Of a DNA stretch of 24,000 nt, positions 21,906 through 24,000 are shown piece after piece. How positions within the stretch are numbered: the first letter of the stretch is position 1; each line of letters starts with the position of its first letter. A model generated the notes under the pieces. The model had not been told where the DNA came from and did no database searches. It saw only the letters and a program-made list of their open reading frames with translations. Source of the stretch: Ralstonia flatus (GTDB taxonomy: Bacteria > Pseudomonadota > Gammaproteobacteria > Burkholderiales > Burkholderiaceae); contig NZ_CAUDLI010000006.1 of the NCBI RefSeq assembly GCF_958439105.1, positions 35,261 through 59,260 of the forward strand. The letters are read 5' to 3'. A program made the position numbers and the translations under genes.

Positions 21906-22121
21906 ATGAACCCCGAAGACCTCCAACGCCTCGTCACCACGCAAATGCCCTTCGGCAAGTACAAGGGCCGCCTGATTGCCGACCTGCCGGGCCATTACCT
22001 CAACTGGTTTGCGCGCGAGGGCTTTCCGCCGGGGCAGATCGGCCGCTTGCTCGCGCTGATGCAGGAGCTGGATCACAACGGCCTGAAGGGTCTGCTCGAC
22101 CCATTGCGCCAGGGCCGCTGA
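21906..22121 (+). CDS. DUF3820 family protein (Pfam family named putative quorum-sensing-regulated virulence factor)
   Basis: 71 aa, MNPEDLQRLVTTQMPFGKYKGRLIADLPGHYLNWFAREGFPPGQIGRLLALMQELDHNGLKGLL; 5 nt after the LysR stop. Confidence 0.85.
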   Translation: MNPEDLQRLVTTQMPFGKYKGRLIADLPGHYLNWFAREGFPPGQIGRLLALMQELDHNGLKGLLDPLRQGR

Positions 22122-22133
22122 CAACGCGATCGA

Positions 22134-23030
22134 TCAATCGCCGTTGATGTAACGCAGCAGCCCCGTCGCCAACGCATCAAACACGACGCGGCAGCGCGGG
22201 CTGTCACGCAGGTCTTCGTGCATGGCGAGCCAGGTGTCGAGCGTGATGGAAACCTGATCGCCGAACAGCCGAACCAGGTCTGCGTTGTGCCGCACCAGGC
22301 CGACCTGGCAGAAGCCGATGCCAAAGCCGGCGCGCAGCGCGGCAATCGCAGCCAGGTCACTGTCGGTGCGCAGTGCGAAGCGGTTACGTTGGATCCACGG
22401 GAACTGCGCTCGCACGCTGCGCAGGAATGCGTTCTCCTTGTCGTAGCCGATCAACGTGTGGCCAGCGAGTTCTTCCACCGTGGTTGGCGTGCCGCGCTGT
22501 GCCAGATAGCGCTGGTGCGCAAACAGCCCCAATTCAATCTCCCCCAAGTGCCGCGCGACGAGCACGCCTTGGCTCGGTGGCTGCATGCGCACGGCGATGT
22601 CCGCCTCGCGGCGCAGCAGGTCTTCCATCCGGTTCGAAGGCACCAGCTCGAGCGTCAGCTCCGGATAGGCGGCGTGCAGATCGGCGAGGATGGGCGGCAG
22701 CACCTCCACCGCCACGACCTCGCTGGCGGTGATGCGCACGGTGCCGCGCACGCCCTCGCCCTGGCTCGACGCGGCGCGCAGCAAGGCGGCGCTCGTGGCT
22801 TCGAGCGATTCCGCAAACGGCCGCAGCGATAGCGCCGCTTCTGTGGGGCTCAGCCCCTGCTGCGTTCGGATGAAGAGCGACATGCCCAGCGCCCGTTCGA
22901 GCGCATCGACATGCCGCCCTGCCGTGGGCTGCGTCAGCCCCAGCGCGCGGGCGGCGCCCGACAGCGATCCTTCTCGCACGACGGCAAGAAACGTCCGATA
23001 CAGCTCCCAGCCGGGCTCAGTTCCGCTCAT
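22134..23030 (-). CDS. LysR family transcriptional regulator
   Basis: MSGTEPGWELYRTFLAVVREGSLSGAARALGLTQPTAGRHVDALERALGMSLFIRTQQGLSPTEAA; start trimmed from 23369 to 23030. Confidence 0.92.
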   Translation of the reverse strand: MSGTEPGWELYRTFLAVVREGSLSGAARALGLTQPTAGRHVDALERALGMSLFIRTQQGLSPTEAALSLRPFAESLEATSAALLRAASSQGEGVRGTVRITASEVVAVEVLPPILADLHAAYPELTLELVPSNRMEDLLRREADIAVRMQPPSQGVLVARHLGEIELGLFAHQRYLAQRGTPTTVEELAGHTLIGYDKENAFLRSVRAQFPWIQRNRFALRTDSDLAAIAALRAGFGIGFCQVGLVRHNADLVRLFGDQVSITLDTWLAMHEDLRDSPRCRVVFDALATGLLRYINGD

Positions 23031-23135
23031 ACAAATTCGTATAGCTGCACGCTCATCATCAACAATTCCATTGAAGCACAGTCGCGCCCAGAATGCGTCC
23101 ATCGCAACGCTCTCACATACCTCAGGAGCACGGTC

Positions 23136-24000
23136 ATGGAACAGGCAACCCAACAGGCAAAACGCATCGCATTGGTACTGGGCGCCACCGGCGGCATCGG
23201 CGGTGAAGTGGCCCGTCGGCTGGTGGCACGCGGCTGGCATGTGCGGGCGCTGCAGCGCAATCCGGATGCGCTGACGAACCGCAACACCGCGTTCGAATGG
23301 ATCCGCGGCGACGCGATGGTGCGCGAAGACGTGGTTGGCGCGGCCCAGGGCGCGGAACTGATCGTCCACGCCGTCAACCCGCCGGGCTACCAGAACTGGG
23401 CCGGGCTGGTGCTGCCGATGATCGACAACACCATCGCCGCCGCTCGTGCTTCAGGCGCGCGCATCGTGCTGCCGGGCACGGTGTACAACTTTGCGCCGGA
23501 CACGTTTCCCGTGCTGCGCGAAACGACCGCGCAGGCACCGCTCACGCGCAAGGGCAAGATCCGCGCAGAGCTGGAGCGTCGCATGCAGGCCGCCAGCGCA
23601 GACGGCGTGCGCAGCCTGATCGTGCGCGCCGGCGATTTCTTCGGGCCCCAGACCGGCAACACGTGGTTTGCCGGCGCGCTGGTCAAGCCGGGCAAGCCCG
23701 TCCGCACCGTCACGCAGCCGGGCGCCGCGGGCATCGGCCATCAATGGGCATACCTGCCGGACGTGGCCGAAACGATGCTGCGTCTTGTCGAGCAAGGCGA
23801 CCGTCTGCCGGACTTTGCCGTCTACCACATGCGCGGTCACTGGGATGCCGACGGCACGCAGATGGCCGCAGCAATTGGCCGCGCGGTGGGCCGCCCCGTC
23901 AAGACGCGCGCCTTCCCGTGGTGGCTGATGCCCGCGCTGGCGCCGTTCTCGGAGATGCTGCGCGAGATGCGCGAGATGCGATACCTGTGGCAGCACCCGG
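23136..24000 (+). CDS. NAD(P)-binding Rossmann-fold / NAD-dependent epimerase-like protein, truncated by window edge
   Basis: ATG at 23136 preceded by AGGAG; MEQATQQAKRIALVLGATGGIGGEVARRLVARGWHVRALQRNPDAL, open to the window end. Absent from the supplied ORF track because the stop is outside. Confidence 0.9.
   Translation, partial: MEQATQQAKRIALVLGATGGIGGEVARRLVARGWHVRALQRNPDALTNRNTAFEWIRGDAMVREDVVGAAQGAELIVHAVNPPGYQNWAGLVLPMIDNTIAAARASGARIVLPGTVYNFAPDTFPVLRETTAQAPLTRKGKIRAELERRMQAASADGVRSLIVRAGDFFGPQTGNTWFAGALVKPGKPVRTVTQPGAAGIGHQWAYLPDVAETMLRLVEQGDRLPDFAVYHMRGHWDADGTQMAAAIGRAVGRPVKTRAFPWWLMPALAPFSEMLREMREMRYLWQHP

Overview
This 24 kb window reads as high-GC betaproteobacterial chromosome, most like Ralstonia/Cupriavidus (inference from gene order and protein sequence). 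From left to right it contains: the start of a CoA-binding protein (edge-truncated) followed by a secreted DUF3298-like protein (both -); an oppositely oriented FecR/DUF6600-like envelope protein with a long Pro/Gln-rich tail; a complete F1Fo ATP synthase operon (atpIBEFHAGDC, -); the chromosome segregation/tRNA modification operon mnmG-rsmG-parA-parB (-); then a conserved-metabolism region with three LysR-type regulators each divergent from an oxidoreductase, an orphan amino-acid-type ABC substrate-binding protein, and a small DUF3820/QSregVF-like protein. I found no CRISPR, prophage, transposon, tRNA/rRNA, toxin-antitoxin or recognisable defence locus, and no convincing undescribed multi-gene system. 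The observations most worth a second look are non-coding: an intrinsic terminator preceded by a second hairpin in a divergent intergenic region (candidate sRNA or leader), three parS-like sites of which one perfect copy lies inside the mnmG coding sequence, a sigma70-type promoter embedded in an inverted repeat upstream of atpI, hairpins in the atpD-atpC gap, and palindromes in two LysR divergent promoter regions.
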